From an uncultured Ruminococcus sp. (GTDB taxonomy: Bacteria > Bacillota > Clostridia > Oscillospirales > CAG-272), in contig CAYSUO010000003.1 in assembly GCA_964434325.1 (NCBI GenBank), forward strand, positions 7,701 through 71,700: a stretch of 64,000 nt of DNA, given 5' to 3'. Positions 39,495-49,548 of this stretch are shown piece after piece (position 1 is the stretch's first letter; the number at the start of each line of letters is the position of its first letter). The translations under genes were made by a program, and so were the position numbers. Below the pieces are notes generated by a model that saw nothing but the letters and a program-made list of their open reading frames with translations, ran no database searches and was not told the origin of the DNA.

Positions 39495-40322
39495 TCACTC
39501 GCGGTCGCCGCTCAAAATGTTCTCCAAAATATATTTCGCCGTGTGCTCCACGTTGGAGCAGATGACTCTTTTCGCGTGCGGCTTCAAGCCCTCGTCGGCA
39601 TTTTTGACGGCGAGCGGAAGCCCCGCCACGTCAAGCATTGCGGCATCGTTCATACTGTCACCGACGCATATAATGCTTTCACGCGGAATGCCCACGAGCT
39701 CGGCAAAGCATTTAACTGCGTTTCCCTTCCCTGCCGCGCTGCTCATCACCTCGATATTGTTTCCGCCCGAGGTGGTGACGATTATTCCCTCGATGCCCGC
39801 GAGCTCCGCGACGCACTTCTCGCGGCTCACGCCCTTCGCGAGGAATATGCATATCATTTCAACTGCGCCGACTGTATACTTATACTCGTCGAAGCCGCTC
39901 TCAACGCGAATGCCGCACTGAAAGATATTTGCATAAGCGTTGGAAATATTATATTTTTCAGCTCTGTCCAGCCGCTTTGCGTCGGCATAGCAGTTCGTGT
40001 CCTTATGAAAGACTATCAAGGCTTCAAAGGGCTCGACGGCTTTAAATATCTCCGCCGTTTTCTCCGCCGAGAGCAGGCGCTCGGAGCGAAGCCCCGTTTT
40101 TTTATCTATGAGCCCTGCTCCGTTGGAATACATTATATATCTGACATTTTCGTTGTCCTTGATCTCGGAGGGCATTTCGGCGACGGTGCGCCCCGTTGAC
40201 GGGACGAAGAGAACACCGCGGCGCGTTATTTCCTCTATTGCCGCGGCATTTTCCGCGGAGAGCTCGGAGCTCGCGCCAAGGAGCGTTCCGTCAAGATCCG
40301 TGCATATCGCTTTATAATTCAT
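39495..40322 (-). CDS. Cof-type HAD-IIB family hydrolase
   Basis: DLDGTLL, STGR, KG, GDSMND motifs. Confidence 0.92.
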   Translation of the reverse strand: MNYKAICTDLDGTLLGASSELSAENAAAIEEITRRGVLFVPSTGRTVAEMPSEIKDNENVRYIMYSNGAGLIDKKTGLRSERLLSAEKTAEIFKAVEPFEALIVFHKDTNCYADAKRLDRAEKYNISNAYANIFQCGIRVESGFDEYKYTVGAVEMICIFLAKGVSREKCVAELAGIEGIIVTTSGGNNIEVMSSAAGKGNAVKCFAELVGIPRESIICVGDSMNDAAMLDVAGLPLAVKNADEGLKPHAKRVICSNVEHTAKYILENILSGDRE

Positions 40323-40340
40323 TGGGGTTAAGCTTTCCTT

Positions 40341-41078
40341 TCACCGTCTTTCATAGACAAAGGCTTTTCCGCGCTTTCCGACGAGGGAGACGGCGCCAGA
40401 GCCGACGAGGAAGCGCAAGGCGGAATGATTGCGCAAGGGGGTGAGCCCCGTATGGGCTTTCAGCTCCTTTGCAGTAAACTCCATGTTGGGAGCGAAAGGC
40501 AAAAGCTCCGCCACGTCGCCCGCCGTTCTTATATCAAGCTCGGCGACGAGCGAGTTGGGAATACGCTCGGCGCGCGTGGAGCCGCGCTTTCCGCCTCTGC
40601 CCCATCCGTCCTTATTTCTGTATTCAGCCACGTCGAGAAACAGGAGCTTAAACGAAAAACCATCGTTTTTTATAAGCTCCGCTATTCCGCAAAACTCCGC
40701 GAAAACGTGAAAGGCGGTTTCCCGCTTTGGGCTTTTCCGCGGTGCGGTTAGCTCGCCAGTTTCCCTATCTATCCACGAGACGGTCTTACGCGCGGCAACG
40801 GGTATCACCACGGTGACGGGGACGCCAGAGGCGACGAGCTTTTCAAGCTTTTGGCGAAGCCCTGCGGCATAGCGCGTTTGTATCTCGAAAATGTCGCTCT
40901 CGTTCTTAACATCGGCAACGCTACCGAGAAATGGCACCTCGTGATAGGCGTCGTTCGGCTCCACGTAATATTTCAAGGCTTTATGAAGCACCTTTTCCGA
41001 AAGGCGCCCTATGCCGCCCGTGGCTCCGCTCTCGGAGAGGGCGCGCGAACGAGCTTCAAAGAAGCGAAGCTCGTTCAT
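40341..41078 (-). CDS. conserved hypothetical protein, PD-(D/E)XK nuclease-like
   Basis: IGRLSEKVLH, E...VAD...FEIQT pattern; TGATG coupling to the upstream kinase gene. Confidence 0.6.
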   Translation of the reverse strand: MNELRFFEARSRALSESGATGGIGRLSEKVLHKALKYYVEPNDAYHEVPFLGSVADVKNESDIFEIQTRYAAGLRQKLEKLVASGVPVTVVIPVAARKTVSWIDRETGELTAPRKSPKRETAFHVFAEFCGIAELIKNDGFSFKLLFLDVAEYRNKDGWGRGGKRGSTRAERIPNSLVAELDIRTAGDVAELLPFAPNMEFTAKELKAHTGLTPLRNHSALRFLVGSGAVSLVGKRGKAFVYERR

Positions 41079-42601
41079 CAGGCGCGCTCGCTACTGTAAA
41101 CCGAATATTTATTATAGGTGCGCGAGGCGCGCGAGCCCAACTTTATGTTTATATCGTTGACGACGAAGCCGCAAACTGTTCCGTGCAGACGCTTTATTGA
41201 ATCGACGGAGGCGGCGAGCGAATTTATCTCGGAATGCTCGGTGCGTGCGACGAGCACGTAGCCGCTGACGAGGGGCGATAGAACGCAAGCGTCCGCAACC
41301 TCGTGAACAGGGGGAAGGTCGATTACAACGACGTCGTAGCTCGCCTTCCACTCATCGACGAGCGCTTTCATTCTTTCGCTTCCGAGAAGCTCCGTCGGAT
41401 TCGGGGGGATCCTTCCCGAGAATACCACGGAAAGCTTATCGTAGCTCGTGGAGACGGTCGCATCCGCGGTCTTTTCCACGTTGCCCGATAAAAGCTCCGA
41501 AAGCCCCGCGTGTGTGCCCTCCTCGCCGAAGAGGTGCCTAAGATCTGGGCAACGCATATCGCCCTCGACGAGCAGCGTCCTCTTTCCCAGCTGAGCAAAG
41601 GTGACGGCGAGATTGGCGGAGACGAGGCTCTTGCCCGAGCCCGAATAATCGCTCGTGATGGCGAATACGGGACAGCTATCCGCCGCTATCGAATAGCACA
41701 GATTGGTGCGAAGGAGCTTAAACGACTCCGTGATGGCGAACGGGGTATCCTTGGTGATGAGCTTATCGGTATACCTCCGCGTCGTTTTCCCCACGTCGCG
41801 CGCGATGCGCTTTTTATGCGATAGCTTGCGCGAGTCCATATCGCTTTCCGCTATCCACTGCGGTATCGCCCCGATGACGGGCTGGGAGAAATTCTGCTTG
41901 ACCGTTTCCTCGCCGTATATCTTCGTATCGTTTATCGCGATGACGAAGGTGATCGCGTATGAAGCGATGAGCCCCAAAACTGCGCCGAGGAGCGCATACT
42001 TAGTGTGCGACGGGGTGACGGTCTTTATCTGCTTTTCCTCTTCTATCTCGGTGACGAGGGCGAGCTTCGGCGCGCTCACGGAATTGAGCTCCGACTGGGT
42101 GACGAGGTTGGCAACCTCCTGCATCACGTCCTGAATCGCAAGAATAACGTGGTAGGTGTGGTCCCTATTCTGCGAAGTCACCGTCACGTAAAAAATCTGC
42201 GAGTCCGTATTCGACTTGCCCGCGCTTATCATACTCTTCACGTAGCTGACGGCTTGCGTCTTCGGAACGCCGAAATACTGATCGAGCGCGTGCTCGGGGT
42301 CCTCGACCGCCTTCTTGGCGAGGACGTCCTTTTTGGCGACTTCGACGCAAGAGTCCGCAATCTTAGAGGCGGCGCTCAGCATGGCGTCCGTAACGTAGCC
42401 CGCCGTCGGCAGAATGTTGTTGACGTGGAACTCGGCGGTTGCCGTGTACTTCGTTTTCTGGAAGAACACGGAATAGAGTCCTCCGAATATGCCGAACAAA
42501 ACGGTGGCGATGCAGATGACGGCGACGTTCTTTTTGAGGACCTTGAAAAGGAACGAGATGCTTATCTCCCTCTCGCGCGTTTCATTAGCTTCGTTGTTCA
42601 T
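41078..42601 (-). CDS. fused Wzz/CpsC-CpsD polysaccharide-type tyrosine autokinase (BY-kinase)
   Basis: two TM helices flanking a loop; ESFKLLRTN, TSDYSGSGKS Walker A, VEGDMR, VVIDLPP, short C-terminal Tyr cluster. Confidence 0.88.
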   Translation of the reverse strand: MNNEANETREREISISFLFKVLKKNVAVICIATVLFGIFGGLYSVFFQKTKYTATAEFHVNNILPTAGYVTDAMLSAASKIADSCVEVAKKDVLAKKAVEDPEHALDQYFGVPKTQAVSYVKSMISAGKSNTDSQIFYVTVTSQNRDHTYHVILAIQDVMQEVANLVTQSELNSVSAPKLALVTEIEEEKQIKTVTPSHTKYALLGAVLGLIASYAITFVIAINDTKIYGEETVKQNFSQPVIGAIPQWIAESDMDSRKLSHKKRIARDVGKTTRRYTDKLITKDTPFAITESFKLLRTNLCYSIAADSCPVFAITSDYSGSGKSLVSANLAVTFAQLGKRTLLVEGDMRCPDLRHLFGEEGTHAGLSELLSGNVEKTADATVSTSYDKLSVVFSGRIPPNPTELLGSERMKALVDEWKASYDVVVIDLPPVHEVADACVLSPLVSGYVLVARTEHSEINSLAASVDSIKRLHGTVCGFVVNDINIKLGSRASRTYNKYSVYSSERA

Positions 42602-43349
42602 ATTTATCTCCAATCCGCAGGTTTGACTGCAATAGTTTTTCTTTTTCGGCTTCCCCGAAGGCGTTGAGCGCCACGAGGGGCGCGTCGGGCTCCATGTTGC
42701 AACGCAGGCTTATCAGGGGAACGGTGCGCAATATGCTATCAATGAGGGCGAGAGCGCGAGCGCCCGACGCCGCGGAGCCACGCGGCAGATACGTTTGCGT
42801 GACGAAGCGCGTAAGCGCTCCGCTCGGGGTCTCGGGGGAGGCGCTGTTTTGCGGGGCGCGCTCCAAAAAAGCGATGCCGCGAAGGGGCGCGTTTCTCGGC
42901 GCTCCGTACCCTTCCTTGCCGCGCCACGGTGTTCCCGCCGCGATGACGCTACCATCAATGACGCGAAGGAGAGGCTTATCGCCGTTCAATATCGAGGCTC
43001 GCTCACCGAAGGCGGAGAGCCAGAGGCGCGCGTGCGTCGTTTTACCGACTCCGCTTTTCGCCGTGAAGAGGTATGCCGCACCGTCAAGCTCGACGACGGC
43101 GCCGTGAACAACCAGGGCGTCCTTCTCGTATATCCTATCGGCTATCTTGCGATAGAGGGCTATGCTTTCAAGCTCACCAAGAGAAAATTTTTCGTCGAGG
43201 AGCGCGGCTTCTTTTTTGAGCTCGCCATCACATGCGGAAACGCAAAAGAGCGGCGGCTCACTCGTTAAATAGTCTTGCGAGAGCTTTTCCACGACGGGAT
43301 AGCGATTATCAATGGCTATCGGGACGTCGGCAATCTTTATCGAAAACAT
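42585..43349 (-). CDS. HPr-kinase-related P-loop protein (ScmC-like)
   Basis: HGAVV...LFTAKSGVGKTTHARLW, LNGDKP, GTPWRGKE, LRCNM. Confidence 0.7.
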   Translation of the reverse strand: MFSIKIADVPIAIDNRYPVVEKLSQDYLTSEPPLFCVSACDGELKKEAALLDEKFSLGELESIALYRKIADRIYEKDALVVHGAVVELDGAAYLFTAKSGVGKTTHARLWLSAFGERASILNGDKPLLRVIDGSVIAAGTPWRGKEGYGAPRNAPLRGIAFLERAPQNSASPETPSGALTRFVTQTYLPRGSAASGARALALIDSILRTVPLISLRCNMEPDAPLVALNAFGEAEKEKLLQSNLRIGDKYEQRS

Positions 43350-46255
43350 CAGGAGCCTCCTTTATACGCCGAAACGAGGGCGGAATTGCCCGCCGCGACG
43401 CTGATACTATCGAAGCTGCCCGCCGCGCCCTCGTGCCGAACGCGCTCAATGGCGGAGCACTCCGAAAAGGCGTTTTGCTCCACGGCGAGAAGCGAGGCGG
43501 GAAGGACGACGGTTTTAAGCGAGGTGCAAGCGAGGAAAGCTTCGACGCCGATATTGCGCACCCCTTCGGGGACGACTATCGACGAGAGTGAGGAGCAATA
43601 GGCGAAGAGCCCGTCCGAAAGCTTAGTGAGCGACGAGGGCAACGAGACGGTGAGGAGGGCTTCGCACGCGGCGAAGGCGTCACTCCCAAGCGAAGTGACC
43701 GTTGAAGGAACGACGACGCTACGCAAGGCGCCGCAAGCGGAGAAGGCTTCGCTTTCCACCGAGGTGACGCCGACGGGAATTTCAAGCTCTTCGACTGCGT
43801 TACAGTAGTAGAAGGCTTTTTCACCTATCGTGCGAAGGCTATCACACCATTTTATATCCGAAAGAGACGTGCAACCCGCGAAAGCCGCTTCACATATACT
43901 CGCGGTGCTTTCGGGAAGCCTTACGCTCTTCAACGAGCTACAATTGAGGAATGCCGACGCGCCGATGCGCTCAATCGACTCCGAGAGGCTAACTGTGATG
44001 AGCGACGTGCAGTTTGCCAAAACACCGTCGGGCAGGTAGTAGGAAACGCCCGCGAGGTCGGCGGCTTCAAGCTTTGAGCAATAAGCCAGCGCGTAGTCTC
44101 CAATTTTGGTGACGCGCGAGGTATCGACTGCGGTGAGCGACGAGCAGGAATAGAAGGCTTTTTCCCCTATTTCTGTGACGCTTTGCGGAAGGGACAGCTC
44201 GGCGAGCGAGGTATTCATATAGAACGCGGTGCTACCTATCGATGTGAGGCGGCGCGGCAATTTAACGCTTTTCAAAGCCGTGCAATAGGAGAAGGCGCTA
44301 TCGCCTATCGTCAGGACGGAATCGGAGAGCTCTATTGCTTCGAGGGCGGCACAGTCCATAAACGCCTGGGCACCTATCGCGGTGTAGCGCGAGGCTAAGC
44401 TGAGGTGCGTGAGCTTATAGCACCCGAGAGCGAGAGCTATCGGAACGGTCTCCGTTTTTGCCTGATAGTCGAGGCTTTCAAGAGACTCGCACGACATAAA
44501 CGCGCCCTCGCCGACGAAGGAGACGGTCTCGGGGACGGAGACGGAGATGAGCCCCGTTGCGGCGAAGGCGTAGTCGCCTATCTTGATGACCGTTGCGGGC
44601 AGGGAGACGGACGAGAGACCTTCGGCATCGTCAAAAGCGTGGGCTCCTATCTCGCGGACGCCTGAGGCGATGGTCAGCTCTTCGAGAAACTGACATTCCC
44701 AGAACATATAGGCGCTGATGACGGAGAGCGACGAGGGAATCGTGGCGCTTTTCAAGCCGTAGCAATCGAGGAACGCTCCTTCACCGACGGTGAGAAGCCC
44801 TTCGGGGAGCGCTATGCTTTTCAAAACGTCACAGTGCTCGAAGGCGCGGCTCCCGATGTGAGTCACGCGGCTTTCGCCGAAATCGAAGCTCTCCATACGG
44901 TTTGCTGTATAGAAGGCGTAGTCGGAGAGCTCGGTGACGCTCTCGGAAAGGCGAATGGAGTAGAGGCTATCGCACGAGGCGAAGGCGGAGGCTATCTTTT
45001 TTATGCCCGAAGGCAGGGTGAGGTCAACGCCCATTACGCGGACGACCTGCGCCGCACCGACGGTGACCTTTTGGCGGTTGACGCGCGCGTAGTCGGTATC
45101 TATCAACGTACCCGCGCCGTCCGTTTGCGGAGTGTACTTTATAAGTATCCCGTCGCCGACGACGGTAAATTCATCGGTTAGCGCCGTCCAAAAGGCGGTG
45201 CGCATAAAGGCGAGCCCGCCGACGTCGGTGACGCTATCGGGGATATTTATCTCTTTGAGCCCGTCGCAAAAATAGAAGGCGTAGGCTCCTATGGAGCGAA
45301 GCCCTTCGGGCAGGGAGACGCTAACGAGCGAGGTGCAATTGCTGAAAGCGTAGTCACATATCGCACTTATGCCGTTTGGAACGGCGTAGGTGCTCGCGGT
45401 GCTTTTCGGCGGCATATAGACGAGCTTATTTTCGGTCTTATCGACGAGGGCTCCGCTCGCGGTGGAATAGCGCGGGTTTTCCGACGAGACTGAAATGCTG
45501 GCGACGCACGAGGCGGCGACGAAGGCACCGCTTCCCACGCTTTCGAGGCGCGAGCCGAAGGAGAGCGAGATGAGAGAATCGCAATCGTAGAAGGCACCGT
45601 CTCCCACCCGAATGACGTTTTCAAGCCCGACTATCGAGGAGAGCGCGGCACACGAGGAGAAGGCGGAGGCGCCGAGGGTGACGGAGGGCGCGGAGAGCGT
45701 TACCTCGGCGAGAGCTTCGCACCCGAGAAGAAGCTCCGAGGGGAGCTCGGAAATGCCGCTCGGCAACGAGAGCTCCAAAAGCGAGATGCAATACGAGAAG
45801 GCCCCTTCCGCGAGAGCTTGAAGCGACTCGGGGAGCGAGAGTTCAACGATGGCGGAGCAGGAGCCGAAGGCGTAGCGCCCGATGCTTTCGAGGCTATCGC
45901 CGAGGGCGACGGAGGAAAGCTGCTCGCAGCCGTAGAAGGCGTAGTCCCCTATCCTCTTGGTGAAGCTGCCTATTGAGACGGAGCTTATCGCCGTTTCACG
46001 GAAGGCGGCGGCGCCGATGGAAGAGACGGAGCGACCCTCGATGGCGCTCGGGACGGTGACGGCGGCGGTGTCGGCGCCGCGATATGAAATTATTTCGACG
46101 GTGCCGTCCGAGAGGACGGTGTAATCGAAGTCTCCATAGGAGAAAACTTCGCGCGTCGGCGCGGCGCTTTTCCACGGGGCGGCGATGAGGAGCGCCACCG
46201 CGGCGAGAACGACGACGAGAGCCGAAGCGAACAGAGCGATGTATCTTTTTTTCAA
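43349..46255 (-). CDS. BspA-type leucine-rich repeat surface protein
   Basis: N-terminal hydrophobic anchor; about 30 23-residue repeats IGxxAFxxCxxLxxVxLPxxL; TTG start after AGGA. Confidence 0.9.
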   Translation of the reverse strand: MKKRYIALFASALVVVLAAVALLIAAPWKSAAPTREVFSYGDFDYTVLSDGTVEIISYRGADTAAVTVPSAIEGRSVSSIGAAAFRETAISSVSIGSFTKRIGDYAFYGCEQLSSVALGDSLESIGRYAFGSCSAIVELSLPESLQALAEGAFSYCISLLELSLPSGISELPSELLLGCEALAEVTLSAPSVTLGASAFSSCAALSSIVGLENVIRVGDGAFYDCDSLISLSFGSRLESVGSGAFVAASCVASISVSSENPRYSTASGALVDKTENKLVYMPPKSTASTYAVPNGISAICDYAFSNCTSLVSVSLPEGLRSIGAYAFYFCDGLKEINIPDSVTDVGGLAFMRTAFWTALTDEFTVVGDGILIKYTPQTDGAGTLIDTDYARVNRQKVTVGAAQVVRVMGVDLTLPSGIKKIASAFASCDSLYSIRLSESVTELSDYAFYTANRMESFDFGESRVTHIGSRAFEHCDVLKSIALPEGLLTVGEGAFLDCYGLKSATIPSSLSVISAYMFWECQFLEELTIASGVREIGAHAFDDAEGLSSVSLPATVIKIGDYAFAATGLISVSVPETVSFVGEGAFMSCESLESLDYQAKTETVPIALALGCYKLTHLSLASRYTAIGAQAFMDCAALEAIELSDSVLTIGDSAFSYCTALKSVKLPRRLTSIGSTAFYMNTSLAELSLPQSVTEIGEKAFYSCSSLTAVDTSRVTKIGDYALAYCSKLEAADLAGVSYYLPDGVLANCTSLITVSLSESIERIGASAFLNCSSLKSVRLPESTASICEAAFAGCTSLSDIKWCDSLRTIGEKAFYYCNAVEELEIPVGVTSVESEAFSACGALRSVVVPSTVTSLGSDAFAACEALLTVSLPSSLTKLSDGLFAYCSSLSSIVVPEGVRNIGVEAFLACTSLKTVVLPASLLAVEQNAFSECSAIERVRHEGAAGSFDSISVAAGNSALVSAYKGGS

Positions 46256-46288
46256 TATGTTTCCTACTTTTAAATATTTACTCACATA

Positions 46289-46317
46289 ATTATACACGAT
46301 ATATAGGCGTTTGTCAA
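46289..46317 (-). promoter_or_regulatory. consensus sigmaA promoter of the LRR operon
   Basis: TTGACA-17 bp-TATAAT. Confidence 0.8.
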
Positions 46318-46532
46318 TGGAAATAAGAAAAAAGTCGAAGCTACTTATGCAATGTGAATAGATATGACCTTAAAACTTGATGCTACCGTCTCGGCGCTTT
46401 AAAATGCAAAACCTTCGTTTTTCCGTAGAGCGAATAAGAAAAGATGTTTTGCGCAAGAATAGATACGAAAGGATGCCTTGGGGCACCTGCCGCCGACCCT
46501 TAGGGGAATGCGACGGCGGCGGGGGTGAAGCT

Positions 46533-47813
46533 ATGAAAAAATACCTAACAAAGCTCGCGGCGCTCGTGCTCGCGGCGGGCGCTTTGGCGGGAGCCTTGGG
46601 AACGACGGCTTTCGCAAATTTCGGAACGGGAGCGGCGGCGGTGGCGAACGCCGAGGGGACGCTCATAAAAACGGGGATATTCGGAAAGAAGCTAAGCTTT
46701 TGCGACACGGACTTTAAGCAGGGGCTCGCGGTGACGGACTTTGACAGCATTACCGTTACACGCCTCCCTTCCTCGACGGAGGGCGTGCTTATGCTCGGCG
46801 GCAGGCGCGTTACTGCGGGGGCAAAGATACGGAGGAAAAACATCGGTGCTCTCGTTTTCATTCCGACGAGCGCCGAGGTGGCGAAAAGCTCATTTAGCTT
46901 TACGCTTTCGCCTTATGCCGACGGGCAGGAGCTAACCTACGTTTTAAAATTCACGGACAAGATAAACTACGAGCCCGAGATAGACACCGCGAGCTCCGCC
47001 TCGCTTACGACGCAAAGGGATATAGCGATATTCGGAAAAATGGAGGCGACGGACAAGGAAAACGATGAGATAAGCTATATCGTTGTTTCCTACCCCGAGC
47101 ACGGAACGCTGACGCTCGACGAGGCGGGAGGAGGCGGCTTCCGCTACACGCCGCTTGCGGGCTACGTGGGCGAAGATGAATTTCGCTACGTGGCACGCGA
47201 CGAATGGGGGAATTTTTCGCGCCTCGCGACGATGACGGTCACTGTCGGTGAGCGGCTTAGCGAGGTCGTTTACAACGATATGAAGGACAGCCCCGAATAT
47301 AACGCCGCCGTAACGCTCAGCGCCATGGGGATAATGAGCGGGCGAATAATAGGAGACGGCACCTACTTTATGCCGAACGAAGAGGTGACGCGAGCGGAAT
47401 TTGTCGCAATGCTGATGAAAACCTTGGGAATAAGAGCGGACAGCACGGTGACGAGCACGTATTTCGACGACAACGACGAGATACCGACGGCGCTCATCGG
47501 CTACGTGGGCACGGCGCAACGCGCGGGCTTCATCACGGGAAGCTTTGAGGGCGGGCGCTTGCTCTTCAAGCCGAACGAGAGCATCAGCGTTTACGAGGCG
47601 GCGGCGACGATGGCGCGCGTCCTCGGCGACGAGCTAAGCGGCGAAGCCACGGGCGCCACGCTCTCGGGCGATATCCCCGTTTGGGCGCGCGACGATGTTT
47701 GGGCGCTCTCGGCGGCGGGCGTTCTCGGTGCGGAATACGGCGATATACGGCGCGACGACGTTGTTACAAGGCGCGACTGTGCCGCATACCTTTACAGGCT
47801 CTTGCAAATGTAA
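46533..47813 (+). CDS. S-layer homology domain protein with cadherin/Ig-like domain
   Basis: signal peptide; ATDKEND...PEHGTL...FRYTP...GEDEFRY Ig-like unit; three SLH repeats (VTRAEFV, FKPNESIS, VTRRDCA). Confidence 0.88.
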   Translation: MKKYLTKLAALVLAAGALAGALGTTAFANFGTGAAAVANAEGTLIKTGIFGKKLSFCDTDFKQGLAVTDFDSITVTRLPSSTEGVLMLGGRRVTAGAKIRRKNIGALVFIPTSAEVAKSSFSFTLSPYADGQELTYVLKFTDKINYEPEIDTASSASLTTQRDIAIFGKMEATDKENDEISYIVVSYPEHGTLTLDEAGGGGFRYTPLAGYVGEDEFRYVARDEWGNFSRLATMTVTVGERLSEVVYNDMKDSPEYNAAVTLSAMGIMSGRIIGDGTYFMPNEEVTRAEFVAMLMKTLGIRADSTVTSTYFDDNDEIPTALIGYVGTAQRAGFITGSFEGGRLLFKPNESISVYEAAATMARVLGDELSGEATGATLSGDIPVWARDDVWALSAAGVLGAEYGDIRRDDVVTRRDCAAYLYRLLQM

Positions 47814-47900
47814 ATTGTAGTTGTCAAAAAGCTCTTAGCTACAACAAAAAATCAAGGTCATTCAAGCTTTGACCTTGATTTTTTATTACATCTTTATATT

Positions 47901-47940
47901 TTGCTTCTGCCGTTTTCGTTCAGCTTTGCCTGAGTGCAAC
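47901..47940 (+). repeat. degenerate family A remnant
   Basis: TTGCTTCTGCCGTTTTCGTTCAGCTTTGCCTGAGTGCAAC resembles the right half of family A. Confidence 0.5.
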
Positions 47941-47957
47941 GATATATGGCGTTTTAT

Positions 47958-49529
47958 TTACACGCCCCTTATGCTTTTTCCGTCATCAGTCACAGCCTGC
48001 GACATAACGCGCGCTATCTCTTTGGGAAGGTCGGACGGGGTCACGCCGTAGGACGAGAACTCACGAGCAAGCCTATCTCCCGCTATCGCGTGAAGCGCGA
48101 CAGCCAGCTGGCAGGCTCTAAACGGCTCAATGGAGCTCTGCGCCGCGAGAGCGCCGAGAAGCCCTGCAAGAACGTCTCCACTTCCCGCCTTGGCGAGGGC
48201 GGAGCTTCCCGAGAGATTGATGCTTACGCGGTCTCCGTCCGTGACGAGCGTTCCCGCCCCTTTCAAGACGAGTATGGTGCCCGTTTCCGCGGCAAAGCTC
48301 TTGGCGACCTCGATGCGATGCTGCTGCACGTATGCGACGTCCATTTCCGCGAGGCGAGAAAATTCAAGGGGGTGCGGCGTTAATATCACCTGCCGCGGGC
48401 TGTTTTTCAGCGCTTCTCTCCCCTCGGCGCCCGAAGAGGCGAGGGCGTTTATCGCGTCGGCATCAAGAATAATGGGGGCTTTCCCACGAGCAAGGAGCTC
48501 ACGCACCAGGAGCAAAAGCCCTTCGGTGTTCGACGAGCCCGAGCCGACGAGGACCGCGCCAAAGCCTTCCGCGAGCTCGGAAAGCTCGCGGCGCTCCGCG
48601 GGCGAGAGCTCGGCGGCTTCGCCGTACTCCTTGTATATGACCTCGGGATATTTCGCGGAGAGCTCCGAGGTGAGGCGCGGACTCCCCGCGAATGTCACGA
48701 GCCCGACGCCGCCGCGAAGCGCCGCCTCGACGGAGAGGTGAGCCGCGCCGCGATAACGCTCGCTCCCCGTGATAACGAGGAGCTTGCCAAAGCTCCCCTT
48801 GTTTGTATTCGCGCCGCGCCTCGGAAGGAGCGAATAGCACTCGTCCTCCGTCATTGCGCTGTATTTAAAGGTGAAATTCTCCTTTATCTTATCCGTCGGG
48901 AGTCCGAGATCGGCGAAAACTATCTCGCCAACGAAGGAGCGCGCGGGATACGAGGCGATCCCCGCCTTTATCATCGAGAGCTCCACCGTCGCGTTGACGC
49001 TTATCGCGAAGGAGCTAACGCTTCCGTTGTCCGCGTTTATTCCGAGAGGAACGTCGATGGCGGTCTTTTTCGCCTCCACGGACTCGCGTATCGCTATCGC
49101 GAGGCTTCTCAGGCTTTCGGGCACCTCGCCCTGAAATCCCGTTCCAAATATCGCGTCCACAATGGCGGACGAGCCCTTGATCGCCGCAAGGGTCTCGGGG
49201 CTCGCATCGTAGGAGACGAGCCTTCCGCCAAGCTCCTCGTAGCGCGAGCGAAAATAGCGGCTCTCCTCGGTATTTTGCCCCTCTGAAAAGATATCGTAGA
49301 CAGTGACGGAGCGATCCGCGAGCAGGTCACAGGCGGCGGCATATCCGTCTCCCCCGTTATTTCCCTTCCCCGCGAGAATAGCGACGGTGCCACCCTGCGC
49401 GGTGCCAGCGCGCACGACTGCGGCGACGGCTTTGCCGCTTTCCGCCATCAGCTCGCGAGTCGGAATCCCGAGCTCATCACGGCAGAAGGCGTCTATCTCT
49501 TTTATTTGCGATGAGAGTGCAAGCTTCAT
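47958..49529 (-). CDS. nnr: bifunctional NAD(P)H-hydrate epimerase/dehydratase
   Basis: GKGNNGGDG, DAIFGTG, NKGSFG, DADA, TPHPLEF, AKAGSGDVLAG. Confidence 0.95.
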   Translation of the reverse strand: MKLALSSQIKEIDAFCRDELGIPTRELMAESGKAVAAVVRAGTAQGGTVAILAGKGNNGGDGYAAACDLLADRSVTVYDIFSEGQNTEESRYFRSRYEELGGRLVSYDASPETLAAIKGSSAIVDAIFGTGFQGEVPESLRSLAIAIRESVEAKKTAIDVPLGINADNGSVSSFAISVNATVELSMIKAGIASYPARSFVGEIVFADLGLPTDKIKENFTFKYSAMTEDECYSLLPRRGANTNKGSFGKLLVITGSERYRGAAHLSVEAALRGGVGLVTFAGSPRLTSELSAKYPEVIYKEYGEAAELSPAERRELSELAEGFGAVLVGSGSSNTEGLLLLVRELLARGKAPIILDADAINALASSGAEGREALKNSPRQVILTPHPLEFSRLAEMDVAYVQQHRIEVAKSFAAETGTILVLKGAGTLVTDGDRVSINLSGSSALAKAGSGDVLAGLLGALAAQSSIEPFRACQLAVALHAIAGDRLAREFSSYGVTPSDLPKEIARVMSQAVTDDGKSIRGV

Positions 49530-49548
49530 AGCATTTCCTTCCCGTTGG

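Noticed and set aside
42585-43349. Lasso-peptide/RiPP cluster suggested by the HPr-kinase-like gene
   Set aside because: No cyclase, PqqD/RRE protein, peptidase or precursor ORF lies nearby
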